DNA of 64,000 nt from an uncultured candidate division Zixibacteria bacterium (GTDB lineage: Bacteria > Zixibacteria > MSB-5A5 > GN15 > FEB-12): positions 1,600,001 through 1,664,000 of the forward strand of contig OY760907.1 of NCBI GenBank assembly GCA_963664195.1. The letters are read 5' to 3'. Position numbers and translations under genes: made by a program. The notes beneath the pieces are model-generated. The model did not search any database and was not told the DNA's origin. It saw only the letters and a program-made list of their open reading frames with translations. This document shows positions 18,864 through 28,287 of the stretch, in pieces (within the stretch, counting starts at the first letter, position 1; every line of letters begins with the position of its first letter).

Positions 18864-19814
18864 ATGAATCACCAGGACCAACAGACGACCGAACTGCTTG
18901 AAACCCTGCATAACTGCACATGGTGTCCGCGGGAGTGCGCCGTAGATCGACGGTTCCCCGGCCACGGTGGGTTCTGCAACTCAGGCACCGGAATCAGCTG
19001 CTCGTCGGTCTGCAACCATGCGGGGGAGGAGCCGGTGATCTCCGGTCCTCGCGGGATTTGCAATGTCTTTTTCTCCGGCTGCAATCTTGAATGTGTCTTC
19101 TGCCAGAACTACCAGATCAGTCAGGCCACGGGTGACTACGGCGACATTTCTCAGCAGTTGCCGGATGTTGTTGCGCAGATCGAAGCGGTGCTGGCTGGCG
19201 GGGCCAAGGGCGTGGGGTTTGTGTCGCCGTCGCACGTTATTCCACAGATGAAGATCATTATGGCAGCGCTGGCCGAACGCGGCATCAGCCCGACCTTCGT
19301 ATACAACACCAACGGGTACGACAAGCCGGAGACGATCAGGTCGCTTGAAGGGCGCATAGATGTCTGGCTGCCGGATTTGAAATACGTCGACGAGCGTCTC
19401 GGGTGTGATTGTTCCGATGCGCCCGGTTATCCCGAGGTCGCCAAAGCGGCAATCAAAGAGATGTTCCGCCAGAAGGGATCGACCGTCCGGCTCGATGACG
19501 AAGGGTACATTGAGTCCGGGTTAATCATCCGCCACCTGGTACTGCCGGGAGCGGTCGAGAATTCAATAAACGTCATGCGCTGGATTGCCGGGGAGCTGTC
19601 CCCTTCGGTGCATGTCTCGCTTATGTCGCAGTATCATCCGACACGGCGGGTGATAGGGCATCCGACCCTCGGACGAACGGTGCGACCGGAAGAGTACAAT
19701 CAGGTGCTGGCCGAATTCGAACGCCTCGGATTCTATCGCGGTTGGGTGCAGGAACTTGACAGCGCGTCGAATTATCGTCCGGATTTTGATCGTGACCATC
19801 CTTTTGAAGAATAG
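18864..19814 (+). CDS. Radical SAM protein, PflX-like
   Basis: CTWCPRECAVDR, CNLECVFCQN (CxxxCxxC), LPDLKY, IIRHLVLPG. Confidence 0.92.
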   Translation: MNHQDQQTTELLETLHNCTWCPRECAVDRRFPGHGGFCNSGTGISCSSVCNHAGEEPVISGPRGICNVFFSGCNLECVFCQNYQISQATGDYGDISQQLPDVVAQIEAVLAGGAKGVGFVSPSHVIPQMKIIMAALAERGISPTFVYNTNGYDKPETIRSLEGRIDVWLPDLKYVDERLGCDCSDAPGYPEVAKAAIKEMFRQKGSTVRLDDEGYIESGLIIRHLVLPGAVENSINVMRWIAGELSPSVHVSLMSQYHPTRRVIGHPTLGRTVRPEEYNQVLAEFERLGFYRGWVQELDSASNYRPDFDRDHPFEE

Positions 19815-19902
19815 TCAGTACAAACAAATCTTGGCATGGCACACACGGTGTGCTTTATTGCAGAGTCCGTAGGATACAGAATTTCACGATAGCGAGCACA
19901 TA

Positions 19903-20454
19903 ATGACCAATAAGAGTCGACGTAGCAGCAACTCCAATCGGAAGCGGCCCGGCACTGGTCGCCAGCCGGTTATCATCCTAGTCAGCACGTTGTTTCTGGC
20001 GGCGATTGCGTTCTTCCTGTTCAAGGTTGTCGGCTTGTCAGAACACGGTTCGGAACTTGACCGTTTGACTGCATTTGACGCTGAAGGTGACCTGACTTTT
20101 GTCGCGGCGCCAGGTGATACGATTGTGACGGTTGATATCGAAATCGCCGACACCGACGAGGACCGTCAGGTCGGTCTGATGTTCCGCAGGAAGTTTGGCG
20201 ATGATCAGGGAATGCTTTTCATTTTTCCCGATCAGAACGTGCGATCCTTCTGGATGAAGAACACAAAGCTCTCACTGGATATGCTCTTTGCAGACTCGAC
20301 CGGTTTGATTGTCACCATTCACGAAAGAACACAACCGCAAACCAGGAAGAATTACTTCAGCAAGCCGGCAGTATATGTCGTTGAGGTCAACGCCGGATTT
20401 GTCGAGAAGCACGGCATCGCAGTGGGCGACCGCATCGTCTGGCAGAGGAACTAG
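19903..20454 (+). CDS. DUF192 family protein with N-terminal membrane anchor
   Basis: EIAD..R..GLMFR, GMLFIF, FWMKNT, VVEVNAG. Confidence 0.92.
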   Translation: MTNKSRRSSNSNRKRPGTGRQPVIILVSTLFLAAIAFFLFKVVGLSEHGSELDRLTAFDAEGDLTFVAAPGDTIVTVDIEIADTDEDRQVGLMFRRKFGDDQGMLFIFPDQNVRSFWMKNTKLSLDMLFADSTGLIVTIHERTQPQTRKNYFSKPAVYVVEVNAGFVEKHGIAVGDRIVWQRN

Positions 20455-20482
20455 TCGCTCCTGCCACTTCTGCTCTTACACA

Positions 20483-20914
20483 TCACGATTTCCAGTTAAC
20501 CAACTGCATACCGGGAGCGTTATCGGGGCGGGCAGCAAAACCGTGTTTCAGATAGAAGCTGGTCTGCCCTTTGGCGCAGAATAGCTGAATATCGGGGATG
20601 CCGTTGTTCTTGCATACGGCTACCAACTCGTTGAGGATGTAACTGCCGATTCCTTTGCCTTTGTAGTCGGGCAGAACAATCATTTCGACAATCAGCGCGT
20701 GCAGGATACCGTCGGAAATGATTCGACCAAACCCCACCAGATCGTGTCCGTCGTATGCAGCCATCATGAACCAACTGTGGTGGAGCGCATCGTAGACACG
20801 CTCCGGATCGAGTTGATAGGTTTCGTTCCAGCCGGTCGAATCGTACAGGGCGACATACTCCTCCATCTCGGGCACTGAGTGCGTGAAAGTCAGATCGTCG
20901 ATTGTCGTCATCAC
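20483..20914 (-). CDS. GNAT acetyltransferase
   Basis: LVGFGR, VLPDYKGKGIG, FYLKHGF. Confidence 0.9.
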   Translation of the reverse strand: MMTTIDDLTFTHSVPEMEEYVALYDSTGWNETYQLDPERVYDALHHSWFMMAAYDGHDLVGFGRIISDGILHALIVEMIVLPDYKGKGIGSYILNELVAVCKNNGIPDIQLFCAKGQTSFYLKHGFAARPDNAPGMQLVNWKS

Positions 20915-20950
20915 GTTGTCACCCCTTTCCGGATCGTGACCGAACCACGG

Positions 20951-21907
20951 TCAGCATTTCTTTTCGTAATAGACCCACTGCGGCTGAGGCTGGAAACCCA
21001 GTCGATTGTTGACGGCCAGCATGGGCGCGTTCTCCACGTCGTTGAGAGTCTCAATCAATGGATGCCCTCTCTTTTTCGCAAGCGCGATAACACGTGCCTT
21101 CAGGGCCAAGGCGATGCCGCGACTGCGATATTCGGACCTGACTCCGGTGAGGTACTGCTTGAGCGTATTGTCTGCGGCGTTTAGCCCGACAAAACACATG
21201 CCGACATAACGATCCCCGTCGAGTGCGACCGTGAAGAAGTCGTGCAGCAGGTCGGGTCGGCCCAGGCCGTCTTTGACGAATGTATCGAAATCGACGTTGT
21301 CAAAGTTGTCCTCTCCGGGAATGTCGCGGCAGACGTCCTTCTCCAGTTCAAACAGCTTCCGATTGCGGTCCGGGTCGGACTCCAGTTCGGGGAAAGCCGT
21401 GAACCGGATACCCTCGGAGGTGAGTTTCTTTTCAAGCTCCTCGTACGGTGTGAGGTCGCAGGCGTTCACATCGAGATGGGCGGAACCGAGCCTGAGAGCC
21501 TCCGTGAAGCCGCGCTTTTCAGCAAACTTCATCGAGTCCGGTTCTTCCTCGTAAGCGGAACAGCGAAAGAGAATCGGGTCGAAGGCTGTGACTTCGGACA
21601 CGGTTGTGTCGTAGAGAGTCGAGCCGATGCCGCGTTTGCGGTAGTTACGGGCGACCACGATGGCCAGGTCGAACTTCTGCGGATGGTATATCCACGGATG
21701 CTGCCAGTAGCCGCCGTAGCCGACGAGTGAGCCGTCCTGTTCGACCACCCAGCGTTTGAACTTGCACTTCGGCGCGCCCTGCCGGTCGAGGAACGAGAAC
21801 TCCTCAAGCGTGTACGCAGGCCTGGGATACGAGGCGTTCCTGATCTCCAGTACCGCCGGGTAATCGTCTTCGATGAACGGTCTGATGTTGAATTCGCTCA
21901 ACTGCAT
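20951..21907 (-). CDS. Tandem-domain GNAT acetyltransferase
   Basis: YRKRGIG and TGV..EYRSRGIA.ALK, N.PMLAVN.RLGF. Confidence 0.9.
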   Translation of the reverse strand: MQLSEFNIRPFIEDDYPAVLEIRNASYPRPAYTLEEFSFLDRQGAPKCKFKRWVVEQDGSLVGYGGYWQHPWIYHPQKFDLAIVVARNYRKRGIGSTLYDTTVSEVTAFDPILFRCSAYEEEPDSMKFAEKRGFTEALRLGSAHLDVNACDLTPYEELEKKLTSEGIRFTAFPELESDPDRNRKLFELEKDVCRDIPGEDNFDNVDFDTFVKDGLGRPDLLHDFFTVALDGDRYVGMCFVGLNAADNTLKQYLTGVRSEYRSRGIALALKARVIALAKKRGHPLIETLNDVENAPMLAVNNRLGFQPQPQWVYYEKKC

Positions 21908-21930
21908 TTCCTTCTTGATTTCGTGTCTCG

Positions 21931-22506
21931 TCAGGACCAGTCAGCCCGATCGTATTCCTCTCGCAACATGCCGTACCAGATGGCATCAACACTCTCACCG
22001 TTGATTATCTGGTCCTGACGATGCACGCCCTCTTGCACACAGCCGAGGCTTTCCTGAAACTTCATCGAACCCTCGTTGCCGCTGTGCGTGGCGGAACGAA
22101 GTTTCCGCAGGCCAAGATCCTCGAACGCATGGCAAAGCACGAGCTTTGCCGCCTCGGTGCCATACCCCTGCCGCCAGTATTCCTGCGGAACCACAAGACC
22201 CCACTCGGCAGTTCGGTCTTCCTGTCGGATACTAAAAAGCACGATACGTCCCAATTGCTTGCCGGTTTCATTGTGAATCATGCTCAGGGTTTCCGCGTCC
22301 TTCGACGTGATCCGTGACTCAAACTGCTTGCGGGTTGACTCGCGCTCCAAGGCCCGGTAAGTCAGACCGCCGAGGTATTGTAGTTCACGGTCCATTTCCC
22401 ATTTGTAGTAGTTGTCGAAATCATCCATCGATTCCGGCGTGAGGAAGAGGCGTTCTCCCTCGAGAAAACGCACTCTCTTCAAATTCTTCTTGTCGGTGTC
22501 GTTCAC
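21931..22506 (-). CDS. GNAT acetyltransferase, RimJ/RimL family
   Basis: YWRQGYGTEA, N.GS...E.LG..EG; GTG start overlapping the rsgA TGA. Confidence 0.88.
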   Translation of the reverse strand: MNDTDKKNLKRVRFLEGERLFLTPESMDDFDNYYKWEMDRELQYLGGLTYRALERESTRKQFESRITSKDAETLSMIHNETGKQLGRIVLFSIRQEDRTAEWGLVVPQEYWRQGYGTEAAKLVLCHAFEDLGLRKLRSATHSGNEGSMKFQESLGCVQEGVHRQDQIINGESVDAIWYGMLREEYDRADWS

Positions 22507-23612
22507 TTGCCGAGACCTTTCTTTCTCAATTCCTCCCTGCCTTTCTGGACCTGGGATATGTATTTCTGCCACTCGCGTTCCTGTTGGCGTCGTGCTCCTT
22601 CGTCTTTACGTCGCTCCAGGTGGGCAAGTTCCTTCTGCAGTTTCAGATAGTTGTTCCAGCGTTTCGGGTCCAGTGTGCCCTCATCGAGTGCGGCCTTGAT
22701 CGCGCAGCCGGGTTCCGAGTTGTGGCCGCAGTCGGTGAAACGGCATTGAGTCATGATTTCCTCAACATCCTCGAACGTCTTCGAGAGACCGTCCCCCTCG
22801 TCCCACATCTTGAGACGGCGCATGCCGGGGGTGTCAATCAGAATACCGCCGCCGGGGAGCATGACCATTTCGCGATGCGTCGTGGTGTGTCGCCCCTTGC
22901 TGTCGTCGAGACGAATCCCACCCGTGTCCAGACGTTCCTCGCCGGCCAGGCTGTTAATCAGGGTCGATTTGCCGACACCCGACGAGCCAAGAAACGCCGC
23001 GGTCGACCCGGGCACGATATGTCTCCAGAGAGCGTCGAGGCCTTCGCCCGTCACCGCGCTTACGGCGTGGATCGGTACACCGAAGGCTACGCCCTCAACG
23101 TCACCAATGTGGCCCTCAACGTCATCGCAGACATCGGCCTTGTTCAGGACAACCACCGGGGTGGCTCCGGAATCCCAGGCCGCCGAAAGAAACCGCTCGA
23201 TACGACGAAGATTGAAATCCTTGTCGAGTCCCGAGACGAGAAAGACGGTGTCGACATTTGCTGCCAGCACCTGCTCATCGATTTTGCCATCTGTGTCCGG
23301 CATGCCGCCGGAAAGCACGGCGCGACGAGAGAAGGCACCCTTGCGGGTAACGAGACCGTGGATGGTCGCAGCTCCTTCGTTGGGACGGGCGCTGATAGCC
23401 ACCCAGTCACCGACTGTCGGGAAGTCGGCCCGCGAGACGTTTCGGTGCATCATCTTCCCGGAGACTTCGGCGATCAACTCACCGTCCTCCGAGAGGACGT
23501 GATACAGGTTTCTGTGTTGCAGGCTCACTCGTGCGGGAGTGAACCCCTGTTCTTTGTAAGAGGCGAACTGCGCCTCAAAAAACTCATTCCAACCGTATTC
23601 GGAAAGATTCAT
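22503..23612 (-). CDS. rsgA: Ribosome small subunit-dependent GTPase A
   Basis: VGDWV OB fold, NKAD, GSSGVGKS, GRHTT, DTPG, CRFTDCGHNSEPGC zinc finger. Confidence 0.96.
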   Translation of the reverse strand: MNLSEYGWNEFFEAQFASYKEQGFTPARVSLQHRNLYHVLSEDGELIAEVSGKMMHRNVSRADFPTVGDWVAISARPNEGAATIHGLVTRKGAFSRRAVLSGGMPDTDGKIDEQVLAANVDTVFLVSGLDKDFNLRRIERFLSAAWDSGATPVVVLNKADVCDDVEGHIGDVEGVAFGVPIHAVSAVTGEGLDALWRHIVPGSTAAFLGSSGVGKSTLINSLAGEERLDTGGIRLDDSKGRHTTTHREMVMLPGGGILIDTPGMRRLKMWDEGDGLSKTFEDVEEIMTQCRFTDCGHNSEPGCAIKAALDEGTLDPKRWNNYLKLQKELAHLERRKDEGARRQQEREWQKYISQVQKGREELRKKGLGK

Positions 23613-23821
23613 TGTTCTAAATCCCAAGCAATTCAACTCGTGGTTGTGGCCGGTCGACGGACTTAGCTTTCGTGCGTCATTGTCGACAGACCTCTATCCT
23701 GAGAGTTCCGGCGGTGCTAGTCGCGCGGATCATCCCGGTTTTGGCCGGTGTTGCGATAGCCGTTCGTGGTGTTATGTTCGGACGGCTCGCAGCGGCGCAT
23801 TGCGCTTGCGGGTTCCGTCTG

Positions 23822-23857
23822 AAAAGAAAAAACGGTCACCCGCTGGGGGAGACCGTT
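23822..23857 (-). terminator. Attenuator terminator in rsgA leader
   Basis: Minus strand AACGGUCUCCCC-CAGC-GGGUGACCGUU followed by UUUUCUUUU, ~210 nt upstream of rsgA. Confidence 0.75.
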
Positions 23858-23882
23858 ATGACTTCACACTCTCAGAGTGAGT

Positions 23883-23948
23883 TCAGCGGCGATTCTCTCC
23901 CGGGCGCAATACGACCCTGGCCAGTTTGGCTTCTTTTGTCCTGAGCAT
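23883..23948 (-). CDS. Putative leader peptide MLRTKEAKLARVVLRPGENRR
   Basis: Perfect SD AAGGAGG 4 nt before ATG; 21 codons; ends 25 nt before the terminator. Confidence 0.65.
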   Translation of the reverse strand: MLRTKEAKLARVVLRPGENRR

Positions 23949-24233
23949 TACGCCTCCTTCCGTTGAACTCGTTGCGAGTTTGAATTCTATGATGTTGGGA
24001 GAAAGATAGGTGTTCTTGGAAATATGTCAAGGGGGAAATGGGGGGGAGTGGTCTGGAGGGGCGACTTGACAATCGAGTCAGTCTGTCAAACTCGTTCGTG
24101 AGCTTGTCGAAGACTGCGTCTCTCGATTGGCTGATGGCCCATCCGCTTGCGCCCGCGAGTTGGGGCGTGGTTGGCTTCTAGAGAACGTGGTACCTGATTG
24201 GGCGAGTTTGTGCCCGACCGATGACATACGACA

Positions 24234-27200
24234 CTAAAGCGTTCGTTTTAGTGAATCAAGTCGCCCTAACGAGTCATAAGGCCAATGAAAGCTCGACTCC
24301 GTCTCCTCAATCCGCCGAATGGCCGCACGCAATAATGCTTCTGCATCTGGCAGTACGGTAGCCTCGTATACGCCCTTGTAGTATCCATCCATGTAGATTA
24401 GTGCCTTGTTGTTCAGTAGCAAAGGATGGTCATGAAAATGTTTGTACTTGCTTCTGTTGGCACGATGTATTGCTATATTAATCTCCTTCTCAGCTAGATC
24501 AAACTGCCCGGTTACTTCCTTTAGGTACGTTGAATACCACGCTCTAACAATTGGCTCATCTGGCCACAATCTAAGGCTTGTTTCGAATAACTCCTTTATC
24601 AGACTTGTATCTATAGTCTCATCACCTTGGTACCAACTATTGTATAACGACCTGGCATAGTTCGCTTTGTATAACGCATTTAGAAGCTTATCCGATTTGA
24701 TGTTTGTGCCTTTGATCTGGTCTTCTAGCTCCAGCTCATCTATTGTACGGTTGTCCTGCAATGCTGCTGATAGTCTTCTTCTAATCGCATTAGCGTATTC
24801 CTTTGAGTGCAATCCCTTCCTTGCTTTCCAAAAGAAAGGACCTGGTCTAAGATCGCTAACCACGTAGTCTGGAAGAACCTGATCATCTGCCAGACTCAAG
24901 TATTCTAGTTGATTCCTTGCCCCGGCGTAGTTATCCATTTTCCTTTGCAGAGCCATATCATGTGGAACCAAAGAGGCTGCCTTTTCATATAATGTGCCAG
25001 CTTCTCTAAAAGACTTGATATCGCCAAGTGAAAGTAGATACGCACAGTCTATTAGGTTCTTTGCGTCTTCTGGTGCTGCATCAACGGCTTGTCTTGCATG
25101 CAGGCTACATTCCTTGTTTCTCCCTAGGTTTAGATAGGCCCATGACTTTTGACGCAAGCAGAATGCCCAAGTACTATCAACTGTCAACGCTTTATCGAAC
25201 ATCCCGATGCCTGCTAAATCATCTCCAAGCACATCTTTTTTAAGAAGGCCGTAAGCTGCGTAAAGATGCTTCAGGATACTCCTATCGAAGCGTCCATGTT
25301 CGACTACACTTATCGTGTGCTCAAAGAAATCCGAGATGAGCTGTTTATCTGCAAGTAGACGATACAGTTGCTTTTCAAAGCCATACCGGGTGAACCAATC
25401 GACTAGCAAACCGAATTCTATAGACTGTGTCGGATCAACTCGCTCCACTACCGCATTCAACCCAGAAAGAATATGTGGCGGATCGTTGTATACGTATGAG
25501 AACAAGTATCTTGTCAATGCCGAGTGACGAATCTCGTATGTGTAACTGTTGGGGTCGACGTAAACAATACCTTCAAGCGCGTTTCTAATAGCTCTATTGG
25601 TTGCCGGCTGATTGTCTCCAGAAGCCTTCAACACAATAGAAACCGGAAGCTTCAAAGAAACAGATCCAAATAGACATACCACTGCATAAGCATTCTTGCC
25701 TTCTTCTAACGGAATCTGGTCATATTCATTTTCAACTATAGATGCAATGTGCTTGCCATATCTCAATGTCAGCAATGCGATAATGATCAATCTATCTCGC
25801 CTGTTTGAGCAAAGTAGCAGCCTATCTTCCTTTGGCAAAACGCATTTGACATCGACAATCTGTCGGTTTCTCTCAAATGTGATAGTTTTATCGGCCAATT
25901 GGGCTAACTCACTATCGTCAAGTTCACTTATAGAATACTCGAAGAACGCACCACCTACCTTTCGCCGTATCTCATTGGCCCTTTCGAGAAAGTTCCATTT
26001 GTTCGCCTGTTCAGAGAAAACCAACAATACCTTTTGCCTCGAATCATTGGCTACCTCAAAAACCCTTGATGGCACGATGTCGTGATTGTTCAGGCATTCT
26101 GCATCATCAAAAATAATCATGACCGGATCATTGGCTGATTCAAGCAAGTTACTTACTTGCGACGAAATTGTGACAGTTGGTTGCCTAGAATTATTGAACT
26201 CGAAGATACTACAGTCACCATATGCTTCTGAAACAAGCCTCTTCAGTAATGTTGTCTTGCCAGCACCGTTTTTTCCTTTGATTGAGCAAAACAGGGCTTC
26301 GTTCTTGTCCTGTTCAATAAACCTCTCAACTAGTTGTTTTATCCCGTTTCTCTCTGTGTATGTGGTTCTCTGGATGTCGTACCCATTCTGAATATCCTCA
26401 TATCGACATGGCATGCCATTGTAGAATGAATCGGCCTTGTGATCCGCGAGTCCACCGGTATCAATGACTATCCTGTCAAACGAAGGAAAGCCATTTGGCG
26501 CGTTTGGTTCTGTTTTGGAGGATGATTCCCTCCTTATTATCTTTCTCCGCGTGAAAAGTGGATGCCACGAATAACTAGGCTCGCTTTCACTCTCAACACC
26601 TGCCCAAATAATCGGCAATGTGTTGTTAGGAGTGTTGTGGTGGAAAGCAAGAAGAGCTTGCGAATCATCGTATCCCAATGGATGGGTGGGATAGAGTTTT
26701 TCGCCGTACTTTTCGCACAGTCGTCTAACAGCCGCCCGCTCTACGTTGTCGAATACTTGTGATTGTTGATGGAAAGCCGAATCAGCGTCTGACAATCGTT
26801 CGCCTACAAAAATCTCCTCATACAATTCACTCCCTTTCACTTTTGTTACACCGTCTGTGAAACCAAAGACTGCCGCATAGTATGGTTTTCGCCGTAGACT
26901 GCCACATCTGTCCTTTGCGAATGCGATTGCCTGGTTCCCAGAACCAATCATATCATCGAAGAAGACAATAGATTTGTCCGTGTAATTCCGGAAGTCATCG
27001 AATGGAAAGTTGTCATCTTTAACAGCCCACCCTAGTTCCTTGGAATAGGTGTACAAATACATGCTGCCACTTGAATTAGAACTGGAGCCGAGGGGGAAGA
27101 AAAGTACATCGCTGAAGTCGTTGTCGAACTGTTTTATCAGGTTACCAACAAGAATCTTCACAATATCAGCTATATCATTGTCGTCTTTGAACTGGATAGA

Positions 27201-27368
27201 TTGAGCCACCCTAAGGGCGAGCAACACTTCCTCACTCGTCTCAAAGTTGCCAAGCCATTTTTCAAGTAGGATGCATTTCTCATCTATTCGTTTTGAGGCA
27301 ACACCCCAATCTCTAACCACTTCCCGCATCTTTGGCTTCAGTTCTCGAATTGTCGAGTTTTTATGCAT
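24234..27368 (-). CDS. PRTase-like domain + STAND P-loop NTPase + TPR protein (Avs-like)
   Basis: FFDDMIGSG and HNTPNNTLPIIW (PRTase-CE-like); FYNG..DI..R; GKNGAGKTT; IIFDDAE; helical TPR-like C-half; visibly AT-rich. Confidence 0.85.
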   Translation of the reverse strand: MHKNSTIRELKPKMREVVRDWGVASKRIDEKCILLEKWLGNFETSEEVLLALRVAQSIQFKDDNDIADIVKILVGNLIKQFDNDFSDVLFFPLGSSSNSSGSMYLYTYSKELGWAVKDDNFPFDDFRNYTDKSIVFFDDMIGSGNQAIAFAKDRCGSLRRKPYYAAVFGFTDGVTKVKGSELYEEIFVGERLSDADSAFHQQSQVFDNVERAAVRRLCEKYGEKLYPTHPLGYDDSQALLAFHHNTPNNTLPIIWAGVESESEPSYSWHPLFTRRKIIRRESSSKTEPNAPNGFPSFDRIVIDTGGLADHKADSFYNGMPCRYEDIQNGYDIQRTTYTERNGIKQLVERFIEQDKNEALFCSIKGKNGAGKTTLLKRLVSEAYGDCSIFEFNNSRQPTVTISSQVSNLLESANDPVMIIFDDAECLNNHDIVPSRVFEVANDSRQKVLLVFSEQANKWNFLERANEIRRKVGGAFFEYSISELDDSELAQLADKTITFERNRQIVDVKCVLPKEDRLLLCSNRRDRLIIIALLTLRYGKHIASIVENEYDQIPLEEGKNAYAVVCLFGSVSLKLPVSIVLKASGDNQPATNRAIRNALEGIVYVDPNSYTYEIRHSALTRYLFSYVYNDPPHILSGLNAVVERVDPTQSIEFGLLVDWFTRYGFEKQLYRLLADKQLISDFFEHTISVVEHGRFDRSILKHLYAAYGLLKKDVLGDDLAGIGMFDKALTVDSTWAFCLRQKSWAYLNLGRNKECSLHARQAVDAAPEDAKNLIDCAYLLSLGDIKSFREAGTLYEKAASLVPHDMALQRKMDNYAGARNQLEYLSLADDQVLPDYVVSDLRPGPFFWKARKGLHSKEYANAIRRRLSAALQDNRTIDELELEDQIKGTNIKSDKLLNALYKANYARSLYNSWYQGDETIDTSLIKELFETSLRLWPDEPIVRAWYSTYLKEVTGQFDLAEKEINIAIHRANRSKYKHFHDHPLLLNNKALIYMDGYYKGVYEATVLPDAEALLRAAIRRIEETESSFHWPYDSLGRLDSLKRTL

Positions 27369-27460
27369 CGGAGTTTCCTTGATACTGTTGTACACAATTA
27401 CTCATAGCACCAAACAATGATTCGATGGTTTCTGCATAAGACACCTTCATTTGTCCACAA

Positions 27461-27740
27461 CAGATCATTCACGTGGCTCTTGAGACCCTTGTCGCTTCAG
27501 CTGACGTCATGGGCGTCGATCATTTCGCCCTCCCACGTCCTTGTGGCTCAGAAGCTCCTGAACGATTCGGATGTCGCAGCCGCTCTCCAGCCGTTGCGTG
27601 GTTAACGAATGTCGAAAGGTGTGGCACGTGGCGAGCTTGGTCGGTTCCGCCTTTCTCACCGTCTTCTGGATGATCGACTCGTGGACGTGATGCCGTCCTC
27701 TCTCGTCGGTTCTTTCGTTCTTCCATCCGTTCCCGGATGG
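27461..27740 (-). pseudogene. intI: Decayed 3' fragment of integron integrase (IntI-type tyrosine recombinase)
   Basis: Manual translation ..[64 protein letters not shown] / frameshift / [20 protein letters not shown]. Confidence 0.88.
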
Positions 27741-28038
27741 GGTTCGGCAACCTCCGAGACATGAGCGATACCACTATACACTATAAGAGCTACTAGGTCA
27801 AGTTTGTTGATTGCGAGTCCCCGGGAACGAGAGCCCTCTTTGCATCCCGCCCGTCCTCAGACGGTGGAAATCTGCTGGACAATGCGCGATCTAGAAACCC
27901 GGGGCAAGCCCACGGGCCACCCGATCACGGTCGGGTTTCGTAATCCACTGCTGGCCGTAACATGTCTTGGAGCTGGATACCCAGTTCATAGATCGGTTCA
28001 GGATAGTTCTTCAGGAGGAAATCCTGGCAAATAGTCCG

Positions 28039-28062
28039 CTAGCCCATCCGTCCACAGGCGGG
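28039..28062 (+). repeat. GTAG-type REP-like element family E (degenerate copy)
   Basis: ctagcccatccgtccacaggcggg resembles 52645-52669 and 54413-54437. Confidence 0.55.
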
Positions 28063-28287
28063 ATACAAAGGCTACCAGGACACAAACCCTGAAACCCAAC
28101 TCCTCTAAGTCCCGTATAGAAAACAGGTACAGGGAACTCAACACGTGACAGAAAAAACAAAACCGAACAGAAAGATCATCAACGTTACCGGCAAAGCTGT
28201 GCGCGGCGCGGCGGTGTGGACGGTCATGTTTCTCGCTATCGGTGTTCGAAGTGGGGGCGTTGACGGCCCGACAAAAGGACATAACAA

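Noticed and set aside
22584..23666. 360-aa and 249-aa plus-strand ORFs, and similar long antisense ORFs (e.g. 58703-59737, 32932-33783, 34586-35362)
   Set aside because: Shadow frames opposite well-supported genes in GC-rich DNA; no motifs
24060..24233. attC site downstream of the STAND gene
   Set aside because: GCCCCAAC-like R'' candidates exist on the minus strand, but there is no matching GTTRRRY with a paired L box
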